Below, one piece after another: positions 10,289-19,482 of a stretch of DNA of 64,000 nt. Position 1 is the stretch's first letter. Each line of letters starts with the position of its first letter. The translations under genes and the position numbers were made by a program. The notes under the pieces are model-generated. The model was not told the DNA's origin and did no database searches. It saw nothing but the letters and a program-made list of their open reading frames with translations. Source of the stretch: Verrucomicrobiia bacterium (lineage in GTDB: Bacteria; Verrucomicrobiota; Verrucomicrobiia; Limisphaerales; UBA1319); contig OY760937.1 of the NCBI GenBank assembly GCA_963664225.1, positions 416,001 through 480,000 of the forward strand. Direction: 5' to 3'.

Positions 10289-10893
10289 TTCTTATGAACC
10301 AATCTGTGGATATTGGAGAACGCTGGCGGCTTTTCATTGCGATAGCGGCGCCGGAGGCGGTCAGGGCGGAGATTGAAAAGACTCAGGCGGAGATGCGCCG
10401 CGCACTGCGCGAGGCCCGGATCAACTGGACCCGGCGGGAGCAATTTCACCTGACACTCAAGTTCCTGGGCGATGTCGAGGCGTCGCGTGTCGGGGAATTG
10501 GCCGAAACGTTGCGTGGAGCTTGTCGCGGTTTTGGCGCGATGAACCTGCGTGCTGAGGGCGTGGGGTGTTTTCCGAACCTGCGTCATCCGCGCGTGATCT
10601 GGGTGGGAGTGCGGGATGAGCAGGAGCAGCTTTCCAGTCTCGCAGACACGATTGAGACCACAGTGAGCGGTTTTACATTGGAAGAACGCGAGGAGCGATT
10701 TTCCGGGCACATCACCCTTGGGCGTATCAAGGAACTCTATCATTCCGAGAACGAGAAATTGGTCCAGATGGCGCAGGACATGGCCCAGAGGCCTTTCGGC
10801 CAATGGCGCGCCGAGACAATAGCCATCATGCGAAGCGAGTTGTTGCCACAAGGCCCCCGCTACACGGAACTTTTCAAAATGCCTCTAACCTAA
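10285..10893 (+). CDS. thpR: RNA 2',3'-cyclic phosphodiesterase (2H phosphoesterase)
   Basis: RLFIAI, HLTLKFLG and GHITLGR: two HxT motifs. Confidence 0.9.
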   Translation: MILMNQSVDIGERWRLFIAIAAPEAVRAEIEKTQAEMRRALREARINWTRREQFHLTLKFLGDVEASRVGELAETLRGACRGFGAMNLRAEGVGCFPNLRHPRVIWVGVRDEQEQLSSLADTIETTVSGFTLEEREERFSGHITLGRIKELYHSENEKLVQMAQDMAQRPFGQWRAETIAIMRSELLPQGPRYTELFKMPLT

Positions 10894-11051
10894 CGATCAG
10901 CGAAACGGTTGCAAATGAACGAAAACCGTGTGAATGATCATGCATGGTACGCACGACATTTGGAAACGGTGTGGCGAGCGCGGTTGGAATGGTTGGATTC
11001 GTTTAATTTGGAGAAACCCAAAATCTAAATTTGCCTCGTAAAAGGTTTGTC

Positions 11052-11366
11052 ATGCGAATTATAAAGAAGAAAGTGCGCGATACAAAATCGGAACCAGCAG
11101 TAAAACGGAAGCGTGCCATTCTGCGGAAAAAGCCGCGGGCATTGCTCTCGGCAAAACGTCTGCGTGATCTTGAGCGCCGGTTTGCAAAGACTTCCGGGTT
11201 GGCATTTGCCAAGGCCCGAAAACAAACTTTGGTCTCTGGCCAAAGTGTTCTGCAATCCGAGGATGGAATCATCTTTGAAGTCTTTCCAGATGGGACACGG
11301 CATAAGATCAAAGAGATTGAGAAGCCCACTCAGGTAAAGCGCGGTCTTAGGCTGGCCATCCGGTGA
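11052..11366 (+). CDS. Small basic hypothetical protein, possible partner or antitoxin of the downstream P-loop protein
   Basis: Lys/Arg-rich, about 104 aa; its stop overlaps the next gene's GTG start (GTGA at 11363-11366). Confidence 0.6.
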   Translation: MRIIKKKVRDTKSEPAVKRKRAILRKKPRALLSAKRLRDLERRFAKTSGLAFAKARKQTLVSGQSVLQSEDGIIFEVFPDGTRHKIKEIEKPTQVKRGLRLAIR

Positions 11367-12121
11367 GTGCGGACACACCTCGATTGCGAATGTTTGCCGG
11401 ACCCAACGGGTCGGGCAAAAGCACACTAAAATCGATTCTGCCAAGCGCATTGCTTGGCGTTTATCTGAACCCCGATGACATCGAGCGGGAGATTTGCCGT
11501 CAGGGCTTTCTGGAGTTAAGTGCTTTCCGCGTGGCCTCAACAGAGGAAGAGATATTGGGATTCTTCCGCAAATCAGAACTCCTGATTTCTGCCAAAATGG
11601 ATGAGGTGGTAAAGCGTCTTTCCTTTGCCGATGGTCGATTGCAGTTTGTTGGGGTGAGGGTTGATTCCTATCTTGCATCCGTCACTGTTGATTTTTTACG
11701 CCAAAAACTGCTTGAGCAAAGGACGACCTTTACATTTGAAACGGTCATGTCGCATCCCGGCAAGATTGAGTTGCTCACGCAGGCGCAACAATTGGGATAT
11801 CGAACTTACCTGTATTTCATTGCCACAGACGATCCTGATATCAACATCTCCCGTGTTAAAAGCCGTGTGAAAATGGGCGGTCATCCTGTCCCAATAAACA
11901 AGATCGAAGAACGTTACCATCGATCGCTGGATTTGTTGATGGCTGCCATTCGCCACACAAACCGGGCTTATATTTTCGATAATTCCGGCAACAACCAGAA
12001 AAGGACGTGGCTCGCAGAAGTCACCGAAGGAAAGATGCTGGAAATAAAAACGGACCGGATACCGGCGTGGTTCAAAAGGTCGGTATTGGAAAAGGCGGGT
12101 GCGGATTATAAGCCAATGTAA
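11363..12121 (+). CDS. Zeta-toxin-like/AAA P-loop kinase-ATPase (COG4185-like)
   Basis: Walker A GPNGSGKST; FTFETVMS; RVKSRVKMGGHPVP; IFDNS. Confidence 0.8.
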   Translation: MSADTPRLRMFAGPNGSGKSTLKSILPSALLGVYLNPDDIEREICRQGFLELSAFRVASTEEEILGFFRKSELLISAKMDEVVKRLSFADGRLQFVGVRVDSYLASVTVDFLRQKLLEQRTTFTFETVMSHPGKIELLTQAQQLGYRTYLYFIATDDPDINISRVKSRVKMGGHPVPINKIEERYHRSLDLLMAAIRHTNRAYIFDNSGNNQKRTWLAEVTEGKMLEIKTDRIPAWFKRSVLEKAGADYKPM

Positions 12122-12246
12122 GAAGTATTCCGGTTGCAATCAGTTGGTTGCAGTTCCGCCGTGATTATTGATAACGGCTTGGTGCCACCCACTCATTTTG
12201 ATTACAATGGGCTGGACAGTGGGGATGGCTGGATTATTTTCGCGGA

Positions 12247-13158
12247 ATGCCTTTGGAAACAATAAATTCAGTGACGCCGGTTGCGCCCTCCAAATCGAGG
12301 GTCTTTTTGCGTCGTCTGGGGACATTCACCGTTTTATGGACGGTGATACTTTCGGCCTTGTTTTCGGGGAATAAGTTTCTGTCGGATTACGTGTTCCTGG
12401 CGATCATGATGGTTCTGGCGGGGTTGGGACTGCGTGAGTTTTATTCCTTGGTGGAGAAGAGGGGGCTGGTTTGTTTCAAGGTTTTTGGGATTTTGGGCGG
12501 ACTGCTGTTGATGGTGAGCGCCTTTTTCTATCTCTCCGGCGATCTGCGAAGGGCACCCGCCAAGGCCAACGATTTCGAGACCTCGTTTGTGATCATCTTT
12601 GTGTTGGGCCTGTGCGTGCGCCAGTTTGTCTCGAAGAAAAACACGGCGGGCATCATTGCGATTTCGACAACCCTGTTCGGCTTGATGTATGTGCCCTGGC
12701 TGTTGAATTTCATTCAAAAGATCAATTTTTTCCCGGGGGTCGATGGCCGGTATTATGTGCTGTATTTCATTCTGGTGACCAAGTTCAGCGATTCGGGCGC
12801 GTACGTGGTGGGGAGCCTGATCGGCCGGCACAAAATGATTCCGCGGATCAGTCCCGGCAAGACATGGGAGGGATTCGCCGGGGCCATTGTGGTGGCGGCG
12901 GGAGCCAGTTTTCTGTTTTCATATTGGGCGGGACCGCGTTTGGTGGGGATGACGCCCATCCATTCGATCATTCTGGGGGTTTTGCTGGCGGCAACCGCGG
13001 TGATCGGCGACCTCATCGAGTCCTTGTTTAAGCGGGAGGCCGGGGTGAAGGATTCGGGCACGCTGTTTCCCGGCATGGGGGGAATACTCGACTTGCTGGA
13101 CAGCCTGTTGTTTAATGCCCCGCTAATGTACTTGTACCTTCGGCACATGTTGACCTGA
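12247..13158 (+). CDS. cdsA: Phosphatidate cytidylyltransferase
   Basis: SDSGAY, ISPGKTWEG and GDLIESLFKREAGVKDSG...GGILDLLDS signature; multiple transmembrane helices. Confidence 0.95.
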   Translation: MPLETINSVTPVAPSKSRVFLRRLGTFTVLWTVILSALFSGNKFLSDYVFLAIMMVLAGLGLREFYSLVEKRGLVCFKVFGILGGLLLMVSAFFYLSGDLRRAPAKANDFETSFVIIFVLGLCVRQFVSKKNTAGIIAISTTLFGLMYVPWLLNFIQKINFFPGVDGRYYVLYFILVTKFSDSGAYVVGSLIGRHKMIPRISPGKTWEGFAGAIVVAAGASFLFSYWAGPRLVGMTPIHSIILGVLLAATAVIGDLIESLFKREAGVKDSGTLFPGMGGILDLLDSLLFNAPLMYLYLRHMLT

Positions 13159-13190
13159 GTCGGTGGCCGAATTTTGAATTTTTGCACACG

Positions 13191-14330
13191 ATGAAAAAAG
13201 TGGTTTTGCTGGGAAGCACGGGATCGATCGGCACCAGTACGGTGAAGGTGGCGGACGATCTGCCGGATCGGATCCAGCTCATTGGTCTGGCGGCGGGTCA
13301 GAATGTGGATTTGCTGGTCAAGCAGGCCGCCCGGTTGCGTCCGGCGGTGGTCTCGATTGCGGATCCCGCCAAGGCCGCGATACTGCGCGAGAAGCTTGGG
13401 CCGGGTTGCGAGGTTTGCAGCGGCCATGAGGGGTTGATGCGCCTGGCGACACTCCCGGAGGCGGATATTGTCCTGATTGCGATTGTGGGCACGGCGGGAT
13501 TGCAACCGGCGCTGGCGGCGATTCGGGCGGGCAAGGACATTGCCATCGCGTCCAAGGAAATTCTCGTCATGGCCGGGGAAACGGTGATGGAAGAGGCGCG
13601 CAAAAACGGGGTGAAGGTTCTGGCAGTGGATAGCGAGCACTCAGCCATTTTCCAATGTCTGGACGGTAAACCAGTGGAATCGGTGCGTAACCTCTGGCTA
13701 ACGGCTTCCGGCGGACCCTTCCGTTCCACCCCGAAAGAGGAGTTTCCCGGGATCACGGTGGAACGGGCGTTGAAACATCCTTCCTGGGTGATGGGCCGCA
13801 AGATCACGATTGATTCGGCCACCCTGTTTAACAAGGGCTTGGAAATGATCGAGGCGCGCTGGTTGTTCGGCGTGGAAATGAGCCGTGTGCGCGTCGTGGT
13901 GCATCCGCAGAGCGTGGTCCATTCGCTGGTGGAATTCGTGGATGGAGCCATGATTGCCCAAATGTCTTCGCCGGACATGTGTCTGCCCATCCAATACGCG
14001 CTAACCTATCCCGAGCGGGTTTCGAGCACCCGGGTGCAGACGCTTCTGGCAAAATGGGGAACGTTAACGTTCGAGGAACCAGACGAAGTTCGTTTTCCAT
14101 CAATGGGCCTGGCGCGACGGGCCGGAGAAATTGGCGGAACGCTGCCAGCCGTTTTGAACGCCGCCAACGAAGTCGCCGTGGAAGCTTTCTGTCAGCGCAA
14201 GATTCGTTTTGACCAGATCAGCCAGATGGTGCGCAAAGTCATGGATCGACATCAAGTGACGACCCGGCCCAGTTTGGATCAAATCCTGGAAGCGGATACT
14301 TGGGCGCGTTCCGCAGCCGCAGAAGGATAA
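13191..14330 (+). CDS. dxr: 1-deoxy-D-xylulose-5-phosphate reductoisomerase
   Basis: LGSTGSIG, VDSEHSAIFQ, LTASGGPF, HPSWVMGRKITIDSAT and NAANEVAV motifs. Confidence 0.97.
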   Translation: MKKVVLLGSTGSIGTSTVKVADDLPDRIQLIGLAAGQNVDLLVKQAARLRPAVVSIADPAKAAILREKLGPGCEVCSGHEGLMRLATLPEADIVLIAIVGTAGLQPALAAIRAGKDIAIASKEILVMAGETVMEEARKNGVKVLAVDSEHSAIFQCLDGKPVESVRNLWLTASGGPFRSTPKEEFPGITVERALKHPSWVMGRKITIDSATLFNKGLEMIEARWLFGVEMSRVRVVVHPQSVVHSLVEFVDGAMIAQMSSPDMCLPIQYALTYPERVSSTRVQTLLAKWGTLTFEEPDEVRFPSMGLARRAGEIGGTLPAVLNAANEVAVEAFCQRKIRFDQISQMVRKVMDRHQVTTRPSLDQILEADTWARSAAAEG

Positions 14331-14527
14331 TCACTGCAGTCTTTGAACAGCAGGGCGGAATGTTGGTCAAAACATAGAGTGAACCGCTTTGAACAGCACG
14401 GGCTGTTGGGTGGCTGAAAATCTATTTTGACTTGATGGCATGAACTCTATAGAGTCTCCTTTTTCAAGGGATACCGGAGAAAAATAATTTTCGTAAGTGT
14501 TTTGTAGTAAGATATTTTGATTTCAGG

Positions 14528-15574
14528 ATGAAGCAGTGCCCCTCAATTAATCTGGATCGTGGCGGGTTGCGTTCAATGCTCAATTGGGCGAAGTGCGGTT
14601 TATTTCTAGCGTCAATACTCGCGGTCCACGCTGGCGATCCCATTAAGTTTTCGCCCAGCGGCGACAAAGTGGCTTTACCTGATAAAAACACCAAAGAAAA
14701 CAAATTGGACGGCCCAATCAAGGGCGGTTCGGGCGAATCTGTTGGAGACTATGAACTTCCAACTTCGATGCCAGCCACGCCGTCGTCAACAGTACTTTTC
14801 AACAACAAGAAACTGCAGGAACTGATCGATCAACGGAAGAATTGGATATTCATGACCCCGGAGATGACGATGGGGGAGGGGAATGGAATCTTTGAGAAGG
14901 CTAAGACCAGCAATGAAGCGGCCCCTGACCTTTTTGAAACGGGCGGCAAATCCAAAAAGGTGGTCGAGCGCTACATTGAGAATAAGGATCATCTGAACAA
15001 GCCGTCCATCCGGGTGAATACGGAAAAGTTGGAGGAGGAATTGAGTTCGGGAAAAGCCAGCAAGGGAATGATTACTGGCAAGATGACCAAAGATAATGGC
15101 TCCAATAATTCCGATGAGGGTGGCGCCCAAATAGGTACGACCGAAATGGGTGCTGAGGATGCTCTTTATCGGGCTACGGAGCTAAGAGGGCGTGGATTTG
15201 GCTTAAAATCCTCTGGTTTTCTGGATTCTGCGACTCAAAGGAAAATGGAGGCAGACCGCCGATTCCAACAATTATTGCATCCTGCTGCGCCCGCTGCGCC
15301 GAGTGATCCAATGCAAATGATGGCTGATGAGACGGCCAAGGATATGCAGCCGGTCACCGTAAAGTCGCTTGAGTCGCTTGCGGGGGACAAAATAAGCACC
15401 TCGGGCAATCCTTTTGGCGATCCCAATCAGGCCGCCTTTCCTCGCCGATTTGGAAGTATCAATGCGACGATCAGCGGTTCGTCCAGCCTTTCGCCAGCCA
15501 TGATCGCACCTTCTCCAACGGTTCAGTTAATGTCCCAACCGGTCGTTTTGCCGCTGCCGAAACGGAAGTTTTAA
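14528..15574 (+). CDS. Hypothetical secreted protein, low complexity (Ser/Pro/Lys-rich)
   Basis: 348-aa ORF with a signal-peptide-like segment; no recognisable catalytic motif. Confidence 0.65.
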   Translation: MKQCPSINLDRGGLRSMLNWAKCGLFLASILAVHAGDPIKFSPSGDKVALPDKNTKENKLDGPIKGGSGESVGDYELPTSMPATPSSTVLFNNKKLQELIDQRKNWIFMTPEMTMGEGNGIFEKAKTSNEAAPDLFETGGKSKKVVERYIENKDHLNKPSIRVNTEKLEEELSSGKASKGMITGKMTKDNGSNNSDEGGAQIGTTEMGAEDALYRATELRGRGFGLKSSGFLDSATQRKMEADRRFQQLLHPAAPAAPSDPMQMMADETAKDMQPVTVKSLESLAGDKISTSGNPFGDPNQAAFPRRFGSINATISGSSSLSPAMIAPSPTVQLMSQPVVLPLPKRKF

Positions 15575-15696
15575 GTTTTCCCGTCTTTCGAAACCTCAAT
15601 TTGGAAAAGCCGCTGAGATTTGCGATCCCGTAAAAAAATCGCTTGGGTTTATGCTTGATGCGAGGCTGTTTCTCCGGCTTAATCGCGCACAGATTT

Positions 15697-15790
15697 TGCC
15701 AGGGCCCACGGAATGTGGACTTACGAACCCCGCCAGGGCAGGAATGCAGCAACGGTAGTTTGCTCTGCATCTGCCGTGGTCACCCTGGCA
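15697..15790 (+). ncRNA. ffs: Bacterial small SRP RNA (4.5S)
   Basis: Terminal stem TGCCAGGG/CCCTGGCA; domain IV core GAACCCCGCCAGG-GCA-GGAA-TGC-AGCAAC with GNRA tetraloop; followed by T9; directly upstream of dnaX. Confidence 0.9.
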
Positions 15791-15800
15791 TTTTTTTTTC

Positions 15801-17714
15801 ATGTCGTACCAAGTCATAGCGCGAAAATACCGGCCGCAGCGATTCGCCGATGTCGTTGGACAAGATCATGTCACACAGACACTTGGCAACGCCATCCGGC
15901 AAAACCGCATCGCGCATGCGTACTTGTTCGTGGGACCTCGAGGCACGGGCAAGACGACCATCGCCCGTATTTTCGCAAAATGCCTGAATTGCACCGATGG
16001 CCCCAAAGTCGATTTCTCCGAGGACGATCCCCGTTGCAAGGAGATCAGCGAAGGCCGGTCCTTGGACGTATTGGAAATTGACGGCGCCAGCAACCGCGGA
16101 ATCGAGGAAATCCGGGCCTTGCGCGAGACGGTGAAATTTGCGCCTGCGACAGGGAAATTCAAGATCTACATCATCGACGAAGTTCACATGCTGACGAAGG
16201 AGGCGTTTAACGCCCTTCTCAAGACTCTGGAAGAACCCCCCGAGCATGTGAAGTTCATGTTTGCCACGACCGAGCCGGAGAAGATTCTGCCCACCATTTT
16301 GTCCCGTTGTCAGCGTTATGATTTGCGACGGATTCCCGTGGCCTTGATTGTGAAGCATCTTGGCCAGATTGCGCAATTGGAGAGTGTCAAGGTGGAGGAA
16401 TCGGCGTTGTTTGTCATTGCGCGGGCGGCGGAGGGCTGCATGCGGGACGCCGAATCCACGCTGGATCAGCTTATCAGTTTCTGCGGCAATGAGATAGCGG
16501 AGACCGATGTGGTCTCCATGTTCGGCCTGGCGTCGCGAAGTCAGATTCAGGCGATGGCTGAGGCCGTGTTTGCCGGGAATCTGGAGGCTGTCCTGCGCGG
16601 TGTCGATGAGCTTTCCAAGAATGGAAAGGATCTGGGACTGTTGCTTTCAGACCTGCTCAATCACGCGCGCAATCTGTTGCTTTATCAGTTGACCAGGGGG
16701 GATTTGACCTTGTTGGAAGTGACAGAGACCGAGGCTGTAAAGCTTTCTGAACACGCCGGTTTGGTCGATTCAGAGGCTTTGACGCGAATCATGGAGGTTT
16801 TGGTCGATGGCGAGTCGCGCCTTCGGGACGCCGTTTCCAAGAAAACGCTGGTGGAAATCACCATGGTCAAGTCGGTGCAGGCGCGGCAAGCCGTGAGCAT
16901 CGATTCTGTGCTGAAGCAGTTGCGGGAATTGCGCTCCGGTAATCCTGTAACGATGCCTGCGGCGGTCCCGGCCCCACAAGTTGCAGCCCGGGCTATCACC
17001 AGCGTGGCCGCAACGGTGCCCGTCGAACCTCCGCAAGCGAAGCCGGCGGTCGCGGCGGCTCCAGCGGCTCCAGCAGCGCCAACCCCATCCACACCGGCAG
17101 TCGTCCCAGCCGTGGCAACGCCTCCGACTCCAGCTCCTTCGGCTCCAGTCTCCACGCCAGCGTCCTCCGTTGCTACTGCGGCCTCTGCGGTCCCTGTGCC
17201 TACGGTGTCCTCCGTGGATTTGGCTCCGCTATGGACCGGCGTTTTGGAGTGTGTGAGCCGGATCAGCCTCTTCACACACAGCTATCTGGTCAACGCCCAT
17301 CCGGTTTCTTTCGAGCGGCAGGTTTTGACGATTGGTTTTCCGCCGGAGTTCGCGGATCAGGTCGATCTGGTGGATAATGCCAAGAACCGAAAGATCATTC
17401 AGGGCGTGCTACAAGACTTGGGCCAGGGCGAGGTGAGTCTGAAGATCGTCAAGACGAAGGAGTCAGTCGCTAAACCGGCTCCATCGCAGCCACAAGCTAC
17501 GGTTCAGCAGGCTCCGCCGTTGCGCCAAAGGAAGCCAGAACCGGCGTCAACCCCGGGTTCTCAGGCTCAATCCACCGCCAAACCACAGGTCGCCAAGACA
17601 GAGACCGCCAAGCCCCCGGTCATCACCATGACCAGGGAAGATTTTAAGAACGATCCGCTGATCAAACAAGCTTTGGAAATTTTCAAAGGCCAGCTCGTCG
17701 AAGTCAAAGGCTGA
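15801..17714 (+). CDS. dnaX: DNA polymerase III subunit gamma/tau
   Basis: ARKYRPQ, GPRGTGKT, EIDGASN, IIDEVHML, LKTLEEPP and SRCQ motifs; Pro/Ala-rich linker. Confidence 0.97.
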   Translation: MSYQVIARKYRPQRFADVVGQDHVTQTLGNAIRQNRIAHAYLFVGPRGTGKTTIARIFAKCLNCTDGPKVDFSEDDPRCKEISEGRSLDVLEIDGASNRGIEEIRALRETVKFAPATGKFKIYIIDEVHMLTKEAFNALLKTLEEPPEHVKFMFATTEPEKILPTILSRCQRYDLRRIPVALIVKHLGQIAQLESVKVEESALFVIARAAEGCMRDAESTLDQLISFCGNEIAETDVVSMFGLASRSQIQAMAEAVFAGNLEAVLRGVDELSKNGKDLGLLLSDLLNHARNLLLYQLTRGDLTLLEVTETEAVKLSEHAGLVDSEALTRIMEVLVDGESRLRDAVSKKTLVEITMVKSVQARQAVSIDSVLKQLRELRSGNPVTMPAAVPAPQVAARAITSVAATVPVEPPQAKPAVAAAPAAPAAPTPSTPAVVPAVATPPTPAPSAPVSTPASSVATAASAVPVPTVSSVDLAPLWTGVLECVSRISLFTHSYLVNAHPVSFERQVLTIGFPPEFADQVDLVDNAKNRKIIQGVLQDLGQGEVSLKIVKTKESVAKPAPSQPQATVQQAPPLRQRKPEPASTPGSQAQSTAKPQVAKTETAKPPVITMTREDFKNDPLIKQALEIFKGQLVEVKG

Positions 17715-17753
17715 GAAGCGGAAGACACACAACTCAAACAACACCCATTCGTT

Positions 17754-18065
17754 ATGTCCAGCATCGGCAAACTCATGAAACAGGCGACGCGCATCCAGCA
17801 GCAAATGGAGGCGGTCCAGGCGCAACTCGCCGCAAAAACGGTCGAAGCCACCAGCGGAGGCGGCGCGGTCAAAGTGGTCGCGCGTTGCGATGGCACTCTG
17901 GCGTCGATCAAGATCGATCCCCAGGCGGCCAATCCGGCGGACGTTCAATTGCTCGAAGACATGCTGCTTGCCGCCGTGAACAACGCCCTGGGTCAGGCCA
18001 AGGAAATCTCCAACACGGAGATGGGGAAGGTCACCTCGGGCTTGAGCCTGCCCGGCTTGATGTAA
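17754..18065 (+). CDS. ybaB: YbaB/EbfC nucleoid-associated protein
   Basis: SGGGAVKV...LEDMLLAAVNNA; dnaX-ybaB-recR synteny. Confidence 0.93.
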   Translation: MSSIGKLMKQATRIQQQMEAVQAQLAAKTVEATSGGGAVKVVARCDGTLASIKIDPQAANPADVQLLEDMLLAAVNNALGQAKEISNTEMGKVTSGLSLPGLM

Positions 18066-18084
18066 GGGACGTTTCCCGGTTATC

Positions 18085-18693
18085 GTGTCGATGGGACTTC
18101 CAGAGAGCCTGGTGGCGCTGATTGGGCATTTGAAGCAATTGCCCGGCGTTGGTCCGCGCTCTGCCGAACGGCTGGCGCTGCATCTGGCCCAGACCGATGC
18201 GCACGCCGTGGAAGCCCTGGCTGAAACCATGGTCAGGGTTCGCACCGGGATTCAGTGGTGCGAGGACTGCGGGGCCATGACCGAAGCCCAGCCTTGCGCC
18301 ATTTGTCAGGATCCCCGGCGCGACGCCGAAACTCTGTGCCTGGTGGAACGCGCCGTCGATATCTTCAGCATTGAGAAGGCGGGCACTTTTCGCGGCCGTT
18401 ACCATGTGCTTGGCGGGCGGATTTCCCCGGTCAACGGCGTGGGGCCGGAGGATTTGAAGCTGGCGGAATTGGAACGTCGCCTGACTGAAAACCCCTCGAT
18501 CAAGGAGATCATCATTGCCCTGGGCGCGGATGTGGAGGGAGACGCCACGAGCCTGTATGTGGCGAAACGCTTCGGACGTCAGGGCCTGAAATTGTCGAGG
18601 CTCGCGCTCGGATTGCCCGTGGGCGGCAGCTTGGAATTTGCCGACGAATTGACCTTGGGCCGCGCCATTGAAGGTCGCCGGACCATGTCGTAG
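18085..18693 (+). CDS. recR: Recombination mediator RecR
   Basis: LPGVGPRSAERLA helix-hairpin-helix, C4 zinc finger, TOPRIM domain with YHVLGG and EGDAT. Confidence 0.96.
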   Translation: MSMGLPESLVALIGHLKQLPGVGPRSAERLALHLAQTDAHAVEALAETMVRVRTGIQWCEDCGAMTEAQPCAICQDPRRDAETLCLVERAVDIFSIEKAGTFRGRYHVLGGRISPVNGVGPEDLKLAELERRLTENPSIKEIIIALGADVEGDATSLYVAKRFGRQGLKLSRLALGLPVGGSLEFADELTLGRAIEGRRTMS

Positions 18694-18719
18694 GAATCCT
18701 TCATTCGCTTTTACTCAAC

Positions 18720-19328
18720 ATGGAAACTTCCCCGGCCATCGTCTTTGATTTGGGCAAAGTATTATTGAATTTTGATTACGCGGTGGCGGTGCGCCGCCTG
18801 CTCGCCCAATCGAAATGCACCTTGACGGAGTTGCTCAACCTGATCAATCAATCCCCGCTGTTGCTGGAATATGAGCGCGGCACACTGACGACCTCGGCCT
18901 TCTACGAAAAGGTGCGCGAAGTGTCCGGTTACGAAGGTTCCTTCGAGGCCTTCCAGGAAATGTTCGGGGATATTTTCACCCCCATCCCGGAGATGGTTCA
19001 GTTGCATGAGGACCTGGTGGCACGGGGCTATCCTGTTTTCATTTTCTCGAATACCAACGACATGGCGGTCCGGTATATTCGGAGGCATTTTCCGTTTTTC
19101 AGCCGGTTCGATGGCTATGTTTTTTCCTACGAACATGCGTCGATGAAACCCGAGGCGGATCTATACGAAGTGGTCGAAAAACTGACCGGCCGCCGGGGTG
19201 ATAAAATAATCTACCTGGATGATCGCGCGGAGAATATTGAGGCGGGTAGGGCGCGGGGTTGGCGCGCGCTTGTGCATGAATCACCCGCCGCAACGCGGTC
19301 ATGGGTGGAGTCCGCGCTGGCAACGTGA
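18720..19328 (+). CDS. HAD-family phosphatase (YihX-like)
   Basis: FDLGKVL, SNTN, KPE and LDDRAEN HAD motifs I-IV. Confidence 0.88.
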   Translation: METSPAIVFDLGKVLLNFDYAVAVRRLLAQSKCTLTELLNLINQSPLLLEYERGTLTTSAFYEKVREVSGYEGSFEAFQEMFGDIFTPIPEMVQLHEDLVARGYPVFIFSNTNDMAVRYIRRHFPFFSRFDGYVFSYEHASMKPEADLYEVVEKLTGRRGDKIIYLDDRAENIEAGRARGWRALVHESPAATRSWVESALAT

Positions 19329-19482
19329 CCTCATCGGGCTTTGGAGAGACAATCCGGGGTTGAGGCCAGGCCCCAAATAAAAACTCCGGCGCGCGATCAG
19401 CGCAAACCGGAGCGAATTTTCAACTCCACCGCCCAGGCCGGATTTCTTCGCGGCCCTGAGCAGCGGATGAAAGAGGGGCTTC

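Noticed and set aside
14341..14398. 12-bp direct repeat CTTTGAACAGCA at 14341 and 14387
   Set aside because: Only two copies and no linked regulator; could be chance or a small duplication.
16950..17220. Programmed frameshift producing the gamma subunit in dnaX
   Set aside because: No A6G-type or A9 slippery run seen in the linker; it is simply Pro/Ala-rich.
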